From an uncultured Planctomycetaceae bacterium (GTDB taxonomy: Bacteria > Planctomycetota > Planctomycetia > Planctomycetales > Planctomycetaceae), in assembly GCA_963813715.1 (NCBI GenBank), contig CAWFAK010000007.1:384001-448000 (forward strand): DNA of 64,000 nt, in the 5' to 3' direction. Below are positions 32,026-45,790 of this stretch, in pieces. Numbering within the stretch: the stretch's first letter is position 1; every line of letters begins with the position of its first letter. Under the pieces are notes generated by a model. That model saw nothing but the letters and a program-made list of their open reading frames with translations, was not told the DNA's origin and searched no databases. Position numbers and translations under genes: made by a program.

Positions 32026-33434
32026 ATGACTGTCGAGCTTTATCAAAACATGGTCATCGGCAGCGGCGAAGGCGGGAAGATCCTGGCCTGGAATCTCGCG
32101 AAGAAGAGCCAAAAGACCATCGTCGTCGAGCGGTCGATGATTGGCGGATCGTGTCCCAACGTGGCCTGCCTGCCGAGCAAGAACGTGATCTATAGCGCAA
32201 AGGCGGTTTCGCTGGTCGATCCGCAGCACGGCCTGGGCGTGGTGACCGGCAGCACGACAGTCGATATGGCGGCCGTGGCCCGGCGCAAGCGAAAGATGGT
32301 CGAGGGGCTGATCGAAATGCACCTGGCCAACTTCAAGGCCAGCGGCGCCGAGCTCTTGATGGGCGAGGCCCGTTTCACCGAACCAAAAACCTTTGAGGTA
32401 AAACTGAACGCGGGCGGCACGCGGCAACTGAAGGGCGAGCGGGTCTTCCTCAATCTGGGCTCGCGGGCGTCTATCCCCAATGTCCCCGGCCTGGCCGACG
32501 CCCGGCCGCTGACGCATGTCGAAGCGCTCGACCTCGAACGGCTGCCCGAGCATCTGGTCGTCATCGGCGGCGGATACGTCGGTCTGGAGTTCGCCCAGGC
32601 GATGCGTCGCTTTGGTAGCCGCGTCACCGTCGTGCAGCGGGCCAAACAGCTGCTCGATCGGGAAGATGCCGACGTCGCCGACGCGCTGGCCGAGCTGATG
32701 CGCGACGAAGGAATCGACGTGCTGCTCGAGGCTGACATGATCGACGTCACCGGCCGCTCGGGTAGCGGCGTGAAGATCCGGCTCGCGCGGGAATCGGGGA
32801 GCGAACGCTCGAAGCCAGCGACATCCTCGTGGCGACCGGACGCACAGCCAACACCGACCGCATCGATGTCGACAAAGGCGGCGTGCGGCTCGACGCGCAT
32901 GGGTACATTCAAGTCAACGAACGGCTGCAGACGAGCGCTGCCGACGTTTGGGCCATGGGCGACTGCGCCGGCAGTCCCAAGTTCACGCACGTCGGCTTCG
33001 ACGATTTTCGGGTCGTTCTGGACAACCTGAATGGCGGCACTCGCACCACGCGCGACCGTTTGATTCCCTATTGCCTATTCACCGACCCGGAGCTGGCACA
33101 CGTCGGCGCCAGCGAAGCGGAGCTGAAGGCCAAGAACGTGTCGTACCGGATCGCCCGGCTGCCAATGGCGTTTGTGCTGCGGTCGCGGACGCTCTCGCAA
33201 ACGCGCGGGTTCGTCAAAGCGATGATCGGCGCCGACGATCGCATTCTGGGCTTCACGGCCTTTGGTGCCGAGGCGAGCGAGATGATGGCAGTGGTGCAGA
33301 CCGCCATGCTGGGAAAGATGCCCTACACGGCGCTACGCGACGCGATCTTCACGCATCCCACGATGGCCGAGGGGCTGAACTCGCTCTTTTCCAGTCCTCT
33401 CCAAGATCCAGTCAAAGATTCGATCGCAAAATAA
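32026..33434 (+). CDS. pyridine nucleotide-disulfide oxidoreductase (MerA/RclA-like), frameshift at ~32800
   Basis: IGSGEGG, GGSCPNVACLPSK, IGGGYVGLE, AMGD and FTHPTMAE motifs. It lacks the C-terminal CC pair of true MerA. Confidence 0.9.
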
Positions 33435-33507
33435 CGGCCACGGTCGCGCTGCCGCGGCCAGCTTGGCAGATTGTGGGTTTTGATCCCTTTTCAGCAGGAG
33501 ACGCGAG

Positions 33508-33939
33508 ATGAAGATCAAGAGAAAAGGTTCGGCGGCGTGGCAAGGCGGCATCAAGGACGGCAAAGGCTCGATCTCGACGGAGAGCGGCGCGCTCAACGCC
33601 TATCCCTACGGCTTTGCCAGCCGCTTCGAAGGTCAGAAGGGAAGTAACCCCGAAGAGCTGATCGCAGCCGCCCACGCCAGCTGCTTTACCATGGCCCTCT
33701 CGAAGATTCTCGGCGAAGCCAACTTGACGGCCGAGCGGATGGAGACCTCGGCGGAAGTGACGCTCGAGCAAGTTGACGGCGGCTGGGCGGTGACTTCGTC
33801 GCACCTCACGCTCAAGGCGAAAGTGCCCGGCGCCGACGAGGCGACCTTTCAGAGTCTCGCCGCCAAGGCGAAGGCCGGCTGCCCGATCTCCAAGCTGCTG
33901 AAGGCCGAGATCTCCCTCGACGCGAGCCTAACCAACTGA
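33508..33939 (+). CDS. osmC: OsmC family peroxiredoxin
   Basis: NPEELIAAAHASCFTMAL and AKAGCPISK motifs. Confidence 0.95.
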   Translation: MKIKRKGSAAWQGGIKDGKGSISTESGALNAYPYGFASRFEGQKGSNPEELIAAAHASCFTMALSKILGEANLTAERMETSAEVTLEQVDGGWAVTSSHLTLKAKVPGADEATFQSLAAKAKAGCPISKLLKAEISLDASLTN

Positions 33940-34010
33940 CTGCGCTGGCGTGCTCGTAGCGGCAGGCCGCCCTGCCCCTGCGAGCCAAACGCCGGGAGGC
34001 AATCGCTCGC

Positions 34011-34415
34011 TCAAATGCCGCTCGGCGAGCTCGACGTCGGGGCACGCTGCACGAAAATCCCAGCGAACGCCGAGCGCACTCCCCAATAGACCAGGAGCCA
34101 CAGCACGGCCGTGATGATCGCGATGGGCAACCCCTGCGGCTCCATCAGAATGTGGAAGAGCAGGATGTTGACGAGGACCGGCCCCAACAGCGTGAGCGCC
34201 AGCGGCACATAGCGGTTGACCAAAAGCAACACGCCGCCCACGAGCTCAAGCACGGCGATGGCATAGACGTACTTCGACACAAACATCGCCCCCAGGAACT
34301 GCCCGGCCACGCCTTCGGGCAGCGTCATCGGGATGAAGTGCAAAAAGCCGTTCAGGCCGAACACGGTGAACTCCAGCCCCATCAGCAAGCGGGCGATCAG
34401 TCTCACGATCTTCAT
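34011..34415 (-). CDS. DoxX-like membrane protein
   Basis: ARLLMGL.FTVFGLNGF, ELVGGVLLL and PVLVNILLFH motifs; GGAGG RBS. Confidence 0.8.
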   Translation of the reverse strand: MKIVRLIARLLMGLEFTVFGLNGFLHFIPMTLPEGVAGQFLGAMFVSKYVYAIAVLELVGGVLLLVNRYVPLALTLLGPVLVNILLFHILMEPQGLPIAIITAVLWLLVYWGVRSAFAGIFVQRAPTSSSPSGI

Positions 34416-34639
34416 CGTCGAGGTGCCTCCGCGAAAGATTGAACAGTCGGGCAGGCCGGCGATCGCGCTCGAACGAACGGCGTCGAGCTCCCCTCGGATC
34501 GGCCGACGGTGCCGCAACTATTCTAAGTGTTGGGGGCGGGCACGGCGCGGCGACCCGGCCCGTCCTGGGGTGACGGGCCAGATCGACCGCGAATCGCTTT
34601 GGGCTTAATCCAGCCCCAACTTAAGCCTGCCGGGTTTTC

Positions 34640-35566
34640 TCAAGCCGGACGCGGTTGGGCACCCGCCAGTACGCTGCCATGCACGAGCGCATCGTGAAAG
34701 GCCAAGGCCGAGGCTTGGTCGCCATTGGCGAATTCGGCCCGATACTCCTCGCCATCGCCGATGGGCGCGGCGGCCTGCCAGTCCGCCCGACTCGTGGTTT
34801 CAATCAGCCGATCGACGTCGGCCGCGTTGGCCGGTTCGTCTCCCTCTTTCCGGGCGATCGTCTCCAGGCTGACGCCGGACAGCAGCCGATCCCAGACCTT
34901 CCGGCACGTGGACGGCTTGTCGAAGAGATCGCAGCCGACGACCCGCTTGCCGATGACGACGGCCAGCCCGGCGGCTCCTTCGACATATTTGAGGTGTTCC
35001 CGAAACTCGTCCAATGCTTGCTTGTGGACCTCGAACGCGGCCGACATCGCGTCCGTCGGGGACGCGGATTCGCAATACATATTCATCGCGCTCACGCCGG
35101 CCCAAACCTCGCCCTGATCCGAGTAATGGGAGTCATCGGCTTTGAGCGACCGCGTCACCGAACTTTTCACCGCGTAGCGCACGCTGGACGGCGAATGCGA
35201 GCCGCTCAGCGCGAACATCGGCGAATGGTAGCGCCAACGACCCCGTTCGACGCAACTGACCGGAATCTTCGTTTTGCTTTTGGCGGGAACCAGGATCGAC
35301 GTGTTCAGAATCCGGTTCTGTTTCGCGCCGACCAGTTCTTCCCCCTCGATGAACAGCACCCGCATGTCGCCCTTGTTCTCCACCATCAACTCGGGCACCG
35401 AACCTCCTTCCGAAATCTCGTGGACGGTGATCAGCTGATCGCGCAGCGCCTCGTCGGCGAGCGCATACTCCACCGCCGACTTCGTCTGCGTGAACAACGG
35501 AAACACGGACAAGGCTTTGTAACGCAGCGGCTCGCCCACTCGAATCTGCGGAAAAGCAACAGCCAT
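34640..35566 (-). CDS. ARPP-1 / DUF6569-like domain protein
   Basis: EISEGGSVPELMVEN, EGEELVGAKQNRILNTS, IPVSCVERGRW and DQGEVW motifs; GAGGAGG RBS. Confidence 0.75.
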   Translation of the reverse strand: MAVAFPQIRVGEPLRYKALSVFPLFTQTKSAVEYALADEALRDQLITVHEISEGGSVPELMVENKGDMRVLFIEGEELVGAKQNRILNTSILVPAKSKTKIPVSCVERGRWRYHSPMFALSGSHSPSSVRYAVKSSVTRSLKADDSHYSDQGEVWAGVSAMNMYCESASPTDAMSAAFEVHKQALDEFREHLKYVEGAAGLAVVIGKRVVGCDLFDKPSTCRKVWDRLLSGVSLETIARKEGDEPANAADVDRLIETTSRADWQAAAPIGDGEEYRAEFANGDQASALAFHDALVHGSVLAGAQPRPA

Positions 35567-35923
35567 GTCAGAACCTCCTCGAAATAGGGTCGATCACCAA
35601 GAAGGACGCACCCGATCTCCACGCGGTTCGCGAACGTCAATTCTTCGCCTGGGTCGGCGAGAAGTCGAGAACCGCCCGGATCGCGCTCGTGCATCGCTCG
35701 TTAGCGAACAACCGGTTCGAATTCCCGTCACCTCGACGGGGTGCGGAGTGTAACGGAGATTTTGGCCAACTCCGCAAACGGCACGCTGCAAATGAGTTAG
35801 TCGCGGCGTGGGCGGTCGCTCGTCCGCAACTTCGTCGGCTGCTCGATCGAAGCGGGGGCAGTGCGACGGCGCGGGCGACCCGTTCGTCCGCGGATCGGGC
35901 CAGACTGATGGGAGGGAACACCT

Positions 35924-37015
35924 CTACGACTTGGGCGGAGCCGCCGGTGGGGGTCCTTCGTGCGTCCCCTTCCGATCGATGATTAGCTTGGCCCGTTTGG
36001 GCCAGTCGGGTTTGAAGGCCCAATGAGCCTGAAATCGCTGCCGAGCGACCATGTTGAGGGCCAGCACCTCCGGTGCGTAGTTCTCGATTGGAATCTTTGC
36101 GGGGTCGGCGCCATTGAGCACGCGGGCCGCGAGCAGGCCGCCCGCGTGGCCCACCTCGAAGTAGTCAGCCCCGAGCGACAGCAGAGCTCCCTTCTTGACG
36201 TCGCTGGGGTTGTTGCTGACAACGGGGACGCCCGCCTCCGCTGCCGTGCGAATCAGCGTCTCGATCGCCGGGGCCACAGTCGCGTCGCCCCCCGCCCAAA
36301 TCGCCTGCACTTCGCGGGCGAGCAGCGCCTTGACGGCGTCGAGCACGGCGGAGGACGAATCGATCGTCATCTCGACCAGCTCAATGTTGAGTTGCTTGCA
36401 GACCTCGCGGGCCATCATCGTCGAGGCCTCGGAATTCGACTCGGCCGGATTCCAGACGACGCCGACTTTCGCCAGCTTCGGGTTGGCCTCGCGGGCCAGT
36501 TGAAACACGCCGGCCACAGGCTGCAGCGTCCCCTGCCCCGTCATGTAGGGAGGATGCTGCGCGGGGTTGTCGCGGCTGATGCCGACGCTGGCCCCCCAGG
36601 GATCGGTCGATAGTGTGAAAACGTGCGTCCGGTGCACGTCGACATTCACACCGGCCACCGCTTGCAGCACGGGAGTCGACAGCGTGAGCACGGCGTCGTA
36701 ATCGCCATTGAGCACTTCCTTGGCGATCATGATGGCCGTGGACCGGTCGCCGTCGGCAATATAGCGAGTGAGCGAGAGTTTTTGGCCGTCGGCAAAACCG
36801 CCGTCCTTGAGCCCGGCGATCATGCCCGCTTCCCCCTCCTCCAGCACGGGCACCGTGACGTAGTTGATCAGGGCCACTCTTTTCGGATCGTTCGGCGAAC
36901 GCCGTTCGTGATGCCACCGCGAATCGGAAAAGAGCAGCACGGCCGACGCAGCCGCGATCAGGCCGATGCCCGGTCCGAAATGCCGGATCAGCTGACCGCC
37001 GATAGACCTATGCAC
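35924..37015 (-). CDS. ABC transporter substrate-binding protein (putative aromatic amino acid type)
   Basis: TLSTP, VVWNPAESNS, GADYFEVG..GG.LAARVLNG and P.KIPI motifs. Confidence 0.8.
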   Translation of the reverse strand: MHRSIGGQLIRHFGPGIGLIAAASAVLLFSDSRWHHERRSPNDPKRVALINYVTVPVLEEGEAGMIAGLKDGGFADGQKLSLTRYIADGDRSTAIMIAKEVLNGDYDAVLTLSTPVLQAVAGVNVDVHRTHVFTLSTDPWGASVGISRDNPAQHPPYMTGQGTLQPVAGVFQLAREANPKLAKVGVVWNPAESNSEASTMMAREVCKQLNIELVEMTIDSSSAVLDAVKALLAREVQAIWAGGDATVAPAIETLIRTAAEAGVPVVSNNPSDVKKGALLSLGADYFEVGHAGGLLAARVLNGADPAKIPIENYAPEVLALNMVARQRFQAHWAFKPDWPKRAKLIIDRKGTHEGPPPAAPPKS

Positions 37016-37060
37016 GGGTCGAGTCCTGTTTCTTGCAGGCGAGACGGTCGAACGAATCTT

Positions 37061-37873
37061 TCAGACATACTGTGCGCGGAGCATTTCGGCGGCGGACTCG
37101 TCCAGTTGGTTGGCCCGCCGCAATTCTTCGAAGCGCGACAACAAATCCTCGGGGCGTAGCCGGCGTTTCGCCTGCCCGGAGATGTCGAATGCGATTTGCC
37201 CGCGATCCATCATGATCAGCCGATCGCCCAGGAAGGCAGCCTGCTGCATCGAATGCGTGACCATCAGCGTCGTCAGCCGGTCGCGATTGACCAGCTCCTG
37301 CGTCAGGCGAATCACCTGGTCGGCACTTTTGGGATCGAGGGCCGCCGTGTGCTCGTCGAGCAGCAGCAACGACGGCTTCAGCAGTCCCGCCATCAACAGC
37401 GTGAGCGACTGCCGCTGGCCGCCGGAGAGCGTGCCGATCGGATTATTGAGCCGATCTTCGAGGTTGAGGCCCATGCTGGCCACGCGACCGCGGAGGGTGC
37501 CGCGATGGTGGGGGGTGAGGGCCCAGCCGAGCCCGCGCCGCTGGCCGCGCCGCATGGCCAGCGCCAGATTTTCGGCGATGGTCATCGACGGAGCGGTGCC
37601 GCTGAACGGATCCTGGAAGACGCGGCCGATCAGCTTGGCCCGGCGATGTTCGGGCCAGCGCGTGATTTCGATGCCGTCGAGCTCGATGCGGCCCGAATCA
37701 GGCAGGAAGGCGCCGGCAATGGCGTTCAAGAGCGTCGACTTGCCTGAGCCGTTGGTGCCGATCACGCACACGAAGGACCCCCGCTCGAGCGACAGGCTCA
37801 CGCCGCGGAGGGCGCGGACCTCGTTGGGCGTGCCCGGATGAAACGTCTTGCGAACGTCGGAGATCTCAAGCAT
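37061..37873 (-). CDS. ABC transporter ATP-binding protein
   Basis: GTNGSGKST, LSGGQRQ, LLDEHTAALDP and VTH motifs. Confidence 0.95.
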   Translation of the reverse strand: MLEISDVRKTFHPGTPNEVRALRGVSLSLERGSFVCVIGTNGSGKSTLLNAIAGAFLPDSGRIELDGIEITRWPEHRRAKLIGRVFQDPFSGTAPSMTIAENLALAMRRGQRRGLGWALTPHHRGTLRGRVASMGLNLEDRLNNPIGTLSGGQRQSLTLLMAGLLKPSLLLLDEHTAALDPKSADQVIRLTQELVNRDRLTTLMVTHSMQQAAFLGDRLIMMDRGQIAFDISGQAKRRLRPEDLLSRFEELRRANQLDESAAEMLRAQYV

Positions 37874-38804
37874 GCCGCTCTCTCCGCACCAGTCGCGAGC
37901 CGCGCGTGACCCAGCGCGGCAGCACGAGGGCCGCGAAGACAAAGGCCGCGGTGATCAGCTTGAGGTCGTTCGGATTGAGCCCCCAGCGCAGAGCGAGTGC
38001 CACCAAGAGGCGAAACAGCACCGAGCCCATCACGGCCCCCGTGATTAGAAAGCCGATTTTTCGCGTGCCCACCATCGATTCACCCAGAATCACGCTGGCC
38101 ACGCCCCACACCAGCATGCCGATGCCCATCTGCACGTCGGCGAATCCCTGGTACTGAGCCAGCAAAGCGCCGGCCAGGCCGATCAGAAAGTTGCTGAGGA
38201 ACAGCGCGACGATCATCATCCACTCGACGTTCACACCCAGGGCGCGGATCATGCGGCTGTTGTCGCCGATGGCCTGCATCGCCAGGCCGACGTTCGTGCG
38301 GAAGAACGCAAACAGCACCAGCCCGAAGCCAACCGCCAGCAGCGTCACCAAGAGCAGGCCGCACACGTCGCGGGGGGCGGCCTCCCAACCGCCGAAGTGC
38401 AACACCGTGCGACTGCCGAAGAGAATTTCGTTCAGGCGATCGGTCCAGCGCATGAGCGTGTGTGGCGAATCGAGGGGAATATTGCTCTTGCCCATCACGC
38501 GGAGGTTGACCGAGTAGAGCGCCGTCATCACCAAAATTCCCGCCAGCAGGCGGTTGATCCCAAAACGCGTGTGCAGCGTGGCAGTCACGGCACCTGCCGT
38601 CGCACCGGCGAGGGCGCCGCAGAGCGTGGCCAAGAGCGGGTGGGCTCCGCTCGCAATCAGCATCGCGGCCGTCGCGCCGCCCAATGTGAACGAGCCGTCG
38701 ACGGTCAGATCGTCGAACGCCACGACGCGAAAGCTGATCAGAATGCCGAAGGCCAAGAGCGAGAGAATCAGCCCGATCGTCAACGATCCGATGAGCAGCG
38801 TCAT
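37866..38804 (-). CDS. ABC transporter permease
   Basis: DLTVDGSFTLGGA, LAGILVMTALYSVNLRVMG and QYQGFADVQMGIG motifs. Confidence 0.9.
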   Translation of the reverse strand: MTLLIGSLTIGLILSLLAFGILISFRVVAFDDLTVDGSFTLGGATAAMLIASGAHPLLATLCGALAGATAGAVTATLHTRFGINRLLAGILVMTALYSVNLRVMGKSNIPLDSPHTLMRWTDRLNEILFGSRTVLHFGGWEAAPRDVCGLLLVTLLAVGFGLVLFAFFRTNVGLAMQAIGDNSRMIRALGVNVEWMMIVALFLSNFLIGLAGALLAQYQGFADVQMGIGMLVWGVASVILGESMVGTRKIGFLITGAVMGSVLFRLLVALALRWGLNPNDLKLITAAFVFAALVLPRWVTRGSRLVRRERHA

Positions 38805-40145
38805 GCCCGCTCCTCCATGAGCACGGGCTTGCCGATCGGGCCGAGCCAGCACGCCCCACCGAAAAGTTCCGACTCGCCCAGCCCCGTGATCGGGCGATCG
38901 TCCCGCAACAGGTGCAGCACATCTTCGATCGAGCCGGAGTCGAACAGCTCGTTCACCGAAGGCGCGAGCGGCAACACCCGCTTTTTGAGCGGCCGATAGG
39001 GGAAGACCGCCGCGTGAAAGTGTCCGTGCAGCGAGCCGCCAGCGTCCATCGGCCGCAACAGAGACGACAGCGGCGAATCGTCGAGCGGCCCCAGCGCCGC
39101 GATGCCGACGATCAGCACCAGGTTGTGCCGATGAATTTGCTCGGCACTAAATGACAGCCACTGTCGCAGGCCGGGCAAGCTGAAGCGATCGCTGCCATCC
39201 TGCGGTAAGCCAGCCGGTGACTGTCGCAACTGGGCGCCGACCAGCCCGGCACAGTCGGCCAGAATCACGAATCCCGCGAGACGAGCGTTCGTCTGCCGCA
39301 GCCCGCTGGAAATGATTTTCGACGAGGCCGAACTGCCGGTCGGTCTCCTTGGGACTGAATCGGATCAGCACGGGGAATTCGCCCTCGCATTGCGCGCCGT
39401 AGACGACCTCGGCGGCCGGCACGAAGTCCCCCGCCGCCAGCAGGTAGTCGGGCAGACCGTGGCTTTTGTGGGCCGACTGCGCGACGGCCCCGGCCACCGC
39501 CAGGAATTCGCCATAGCGGTTCTCCGCGGCATCGGCGACGGCACCGTCGGCCTTTCGCGTCGCGGCCGTCGCTTGTGTCGCCACTAGATGGCCCGCACCG
39601 CCGAGCGACCCGAGCCCAAAGCCAAACGTGTTGCGACCGAACGAAACACTGCGCGCTCGCGGGCGAGAGCCGTTCGAGTCGAACAGTGACTCCGCGTTGC
39701 CGAAGACGCGGCAAGCCAGCGGCTCGGAGTCGCCGAGGGCGTAGATCGTCAGCTCGAGGCCGTCTTCCTCCACGAATCGCGTCGCCGCCGACAGGGCCAA
39801 CACGGTGCCGCTCATGCCCGGGCCGGAGCGCCGCTTTTTGCGGATCGCAGCGAAGCGTGTCCAACAGCCGCGTCAGCCGCAGGATCTGCTCGACGTGCGG
39901 GCTGGCATTGTGAATCCCGAAGAAACCGGACAGCCGATCCATCCGCTTTTTGGCGTCGACGAGGGCCGCGATCCCGGAGGAGCTGAGATACGTCACCCCG
40001 TTCAAGTCGACCAGGATGCGGTGCCAACCCTCCCGTGCGCGGCGGCCTCGATTTCTTCGCGAAAGTAAACCGACGAGTCGTTGTCGAGCCGTCCCTCAAC
40101 CGTCAGCTCCAACAAGTCTCCCTGCGAACTCTTCTCGATCTGCAT
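38801..40145 (-). CDS. STAS (anti-sigma-factor antagonist) domain protein with long C-terminal extension; several frameshifts
   Basis: MQIEKS...VEGRLD...DLNGVTYLSSSGIAAL, pieced together from ORFs 39265..40005, 39147..39815 and 38801..39268; its stop overlaps the permease start (ATGA). Confidence 0.65.
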
Positions 40146-40483
40146 CCCACCTCTTTCACCATCTGGCCGACCACGACCCGACCCGCCCGCGCATAGCCGG
40201 ACCGTTTGAGAAATTCAATTTTAAAGGGAAACGAGTGGGACGCTACTTGGAGGGGATGGCCGCGCTCGCGATTTCACATTTCCCGCGCCGCGGGATCGGG
40301 CTGGAGTTCGGCCCGAATTGCCGGGGCCGCGATTCGGGCCCCGTGCGGAAAAGGCCGGGAACATGGCGAGACGGCTCACCCCTTCGATACAATCCAGGCC
40401 GCTGAGCCGGGCCATCCGGCCAGGCGTTGATGCTGGTTTTGACAACTAGGGAACGCAATTCACATGGAGCGCGACTGACACCC

Positions 40484-40521
40484 GAATTCGATACCGAATT
40501 CAGCATTCGATTCCGAATTCA
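40484..40521. promoter_or_regulatory. candidate operator (palindrome plus 17-nt direct repeat)
   Basis: GAATTCG-ATAC-CGAATTC at 40484-40501; ATTCGATWCCGAATTCA at 40486 and 40505. Confidence 0.35.
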
Positions 40522-40543
40522 CCTGACAAATGGGGAACGAAGC

Positions 40544-40885
40544 ATGAAGTCCGCACTGTTTGCCGCCTGCCTCACTGGCGTGACATTGTTGAGTGCCGCC
40601 CAAACGCGTGCCCAGGGAATCGCCATCGGCGTTCCCGTCTATCCCGCGCCCGTATACGCGGCTCCGGTTTACGGAGCGCCGGTTTACCCGACGACTGCCT
40701 ACACAACCGCTTATGCGATGCCTGGGTACGCCTACACGGCCGCGCCGGCCTACTACGCCGCTCCCACCGCCGTCTACGCGGCCCCGGCTCCGTACGCAGT
40801 CGCTCCGTCGGTCGTGGTCGGCGGACCCGCCCTGGTTTACGGCCACTGGGGTCGTCACCACGCGCACCTGTATTACCGCTGGTAG
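40544..40885 (+). CDS. small secreted Tyr/Pro/Ala-rich protein
   Basis: Signal peptide ending AQTRA; PVYxA/YAAP repeats; His/Arg-rich C-terminus. Confidence 0.7.
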   Translation: MKSALFAACLTGVTLLSAAQTRAQGIAIGVPVYPAPVYAAPVYGAPVYPTTAYTTAYAMPGYAYTAAPAYYAAPTAVYAAPAPYAVAPSVVVGGPALVYGHWGRHHAHLYYRW

Positions 40886-40960
40886 ATCGTCTTACTCGAT
40901 CTAAATCGAGCGGCTCGGCCACAATCGTGACGACAGCGCTTGTCGTCACGCGGCGGCCGG

Positions 40961-42861
40961 TCAGTCGGACGTGCGCTGTTCGAGGGTTTCCCAGCGCTCG
41001 TAAGCGGTTCGCAACTCCGTTTCGAGCGACTCGAGCCGCGCGGTGACTTTGGCGATTTCGGCCCCGCCTTGGCGGAAGAAGGCGGGCTCAGCCATTCTTT
41101 GGTGCAGCTGCGTCTGCTCGGCTTCGAGCGTTTCGATCCGTCTGGGCAATTCTTCGAGCTCGCGCTGCTCCTTATAGCTCAGCTTGCGCGAGGACTTCGC
41201 CTGCGGACGTTCGCGCTCGGGCTTGGGACGCTCGGCGGCCGCGGGCGCCGGCTCGGCCACTTTTTGCCGCAGCCAGTCGTCGTACCCGCCGACAAATTCT
41301 TTGACGCGTCCCTCGCCTTCGAACACGACCGTGCTAGTCACAACGTTGTTCAAAAAAGCCCGGTCGTGGCTCACAAGTAACAGCGTCCCCGGGAAGTCGA
41401 CCAGCAATTCCTCCAGCAGCTCGAGCGTTTCCGTGTCGAGGTCGTTCGTGGGCTCATCGAGCACCAGCAGGTTGGCCGACCGCGTGAACATCCGCGCAAG
41501 CAGCAGCCGGTTCCGCTCGCCGCCGGAAAGGTAGCGGACCAGGCTGCGGGCCCGGTCGCTGGAGAAGAGGAAGTCGCGGAGATAACCGAGGACGTGGCGG
41601 GATTTGCCGTTGAAGAACACCATCTCTTTGCCGTCGGCGACGTTGTCGACGGCTGACTTTTCCTCGTCGAGTTGGGCCCGCAGTTGATCGAAGTAGGCGA
41701 TCTGCACGTTGGTCCCCCGCCGCACCGTGCCCCGCGCCGGCGACAGCTCGCCGAGTAAGATCCGCAGCAGCGTCGTCTTGCCCGAGCCGTTGGGACCGAG
41801 GATGCCGATCTTGTCGCCGCGGGAAATCGTGACCGAGACGTCGTCGAGGACGGCGCGTCCGCCGAAGGCGTGGCTGATTCCCTCGGCCGCGATCACCAGG
41901 TTCCCGGATCGCTCGATTTCCTGGGCCTGCAGCCGGACATTTCCCACACGCGCGCGGCGATCCCGGCGTTCCTCCCGCATCCGCTCGAGGGCCCGCACGC
42001 GTCCCTCGTTCCGCGTCCGCCGCGCCTTGACCCCTTGCCGAATCCAGACCTCTTCCTCCGCCAGCTTCTTGTCGAAAAGTGCGTCCTGCTGGGCCTCGCC
42101 CGCCAATAGCGACTCCTTGCGGACCAAGAAGGTCGCGTAGTCGCAAGTCCAGTCGAACAACCGAGCCCGCTCGACTTCGACGATTCGCGTGGCAATCCGT
42201 TGCAGAAAGACGCGATCGTGGGTGACGAAGACCAGCGTCGGCGCCTCGCGCAGCAGAAAATCTTCGATCCAGCGGATCGAGTCGAGGTCGAGATGGTTGG
42301 TCGGCTCGTCCAGCAGCAACAGGTCGGGTTCAGAGACCAGGGCCTGCGCGAGCAGTACGCGGCGCTTCATTCCGGACGAAAGCGTGTCGAACATCAGCGA
42401 CGGGTCGAGGCCCATCCGCGACAGCACCTCGTCGATCCGTCGCTGGATTTGCCAGCCGGACTCGGTATCGAGCTCGAGACCGTTGAGCTGGGCGTTTGCG
42501 TGCGGAGCAATCTCGTGCGAAGCGGGTGCGGCGGAATGCGATCGCTGCGATGCCTTCAGCATGTGGGCCACCAGCAGGCCCTGCTCGCCGAAACCGAGGG
42601 CCACCTCTTCCAGCACCGTGTGGTTGGAGCCCGCCGGGACTTCCTGTGCCAGCTGGGCGACGCGGAGGGCCGGCGCCGCTCGATCGTGCCGTCGTCGGGC
42701 TGGATTACTCCCTGCAACAGCTTGAGCAGGGTCGACTTGCCCGCCCCGTTGCGGCCCATCAGGCCAATCCGTTCGCCCGGCCGAATCTCCAGGCTCACGT
42801 CCTCGAGCAGGTTCGCGCCACCGTAACTAAACGTGACGTTTCGCAGTCGCAGCAGCGCCAT
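40961..42861 (-). CDS. uup: ABC-F family ATPase Uup (frameshift at ~42670)
   Basis: GRNGAGKST and GPNGSGKTT Walker A motifs; two DEPTN motifs; [21 protein letters not shown]-terminal [10 protein letters not shown]. Confidence 0.9.
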
Positions 42862-43136
42862 ACCGGTGGACAGGCCTCTCCAGAGACGATCGCCAAAACC
42901 CACGGCCAAGTCGGCAACAAGTTGGGAGATTGTAGACCGGCGCTCGCGCCGCGGCGAGTTACCGCCGGATTCGCCGAAACTGTCGTGCTCTCCCTGCTGT
43001 GGTCGAACTCGTGCCTAATCGAACCGGGCCGGGTCCGAATTCTCGCCCAAAAGTTCTCGCCCGGTCAGAATTCGACCGTCACGCGGGAGCCACTCCGCTG
43101 CAGTCCCGCTTGCGTCGCCCGCGCCAGATCGAAAAG

Positions 43137-45571
<2,435 letters not shown>

Positions 45572-45790
45572 ACGGCTCGGGGCGAAGCCGTCCGCGCAGC
45601 CCGTGCCTCGACGAAAGCTCTCAAACTCCGCGCGACTGGACTTAGAGACTCATCCCGCTTCTCGGCCAGCCGTCACAATCGGTAAAACCGTTAAATTTTG
45701 ACTCGTCCGGTAGTCGATCCCAGGATAAGCGGCGGTGCCGCACGAGGGTTCGCTCGTGCGCGCGGCCGCGGGGGAGGTTCCGCGACCGTC

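Noticed and set aside
32026..33434. Mercuric reductase merA
   Set aside because: It lacks the C-terminal Cys-Cys pair and N-terminal metal-binding domain, and there is no mer operon nearby.
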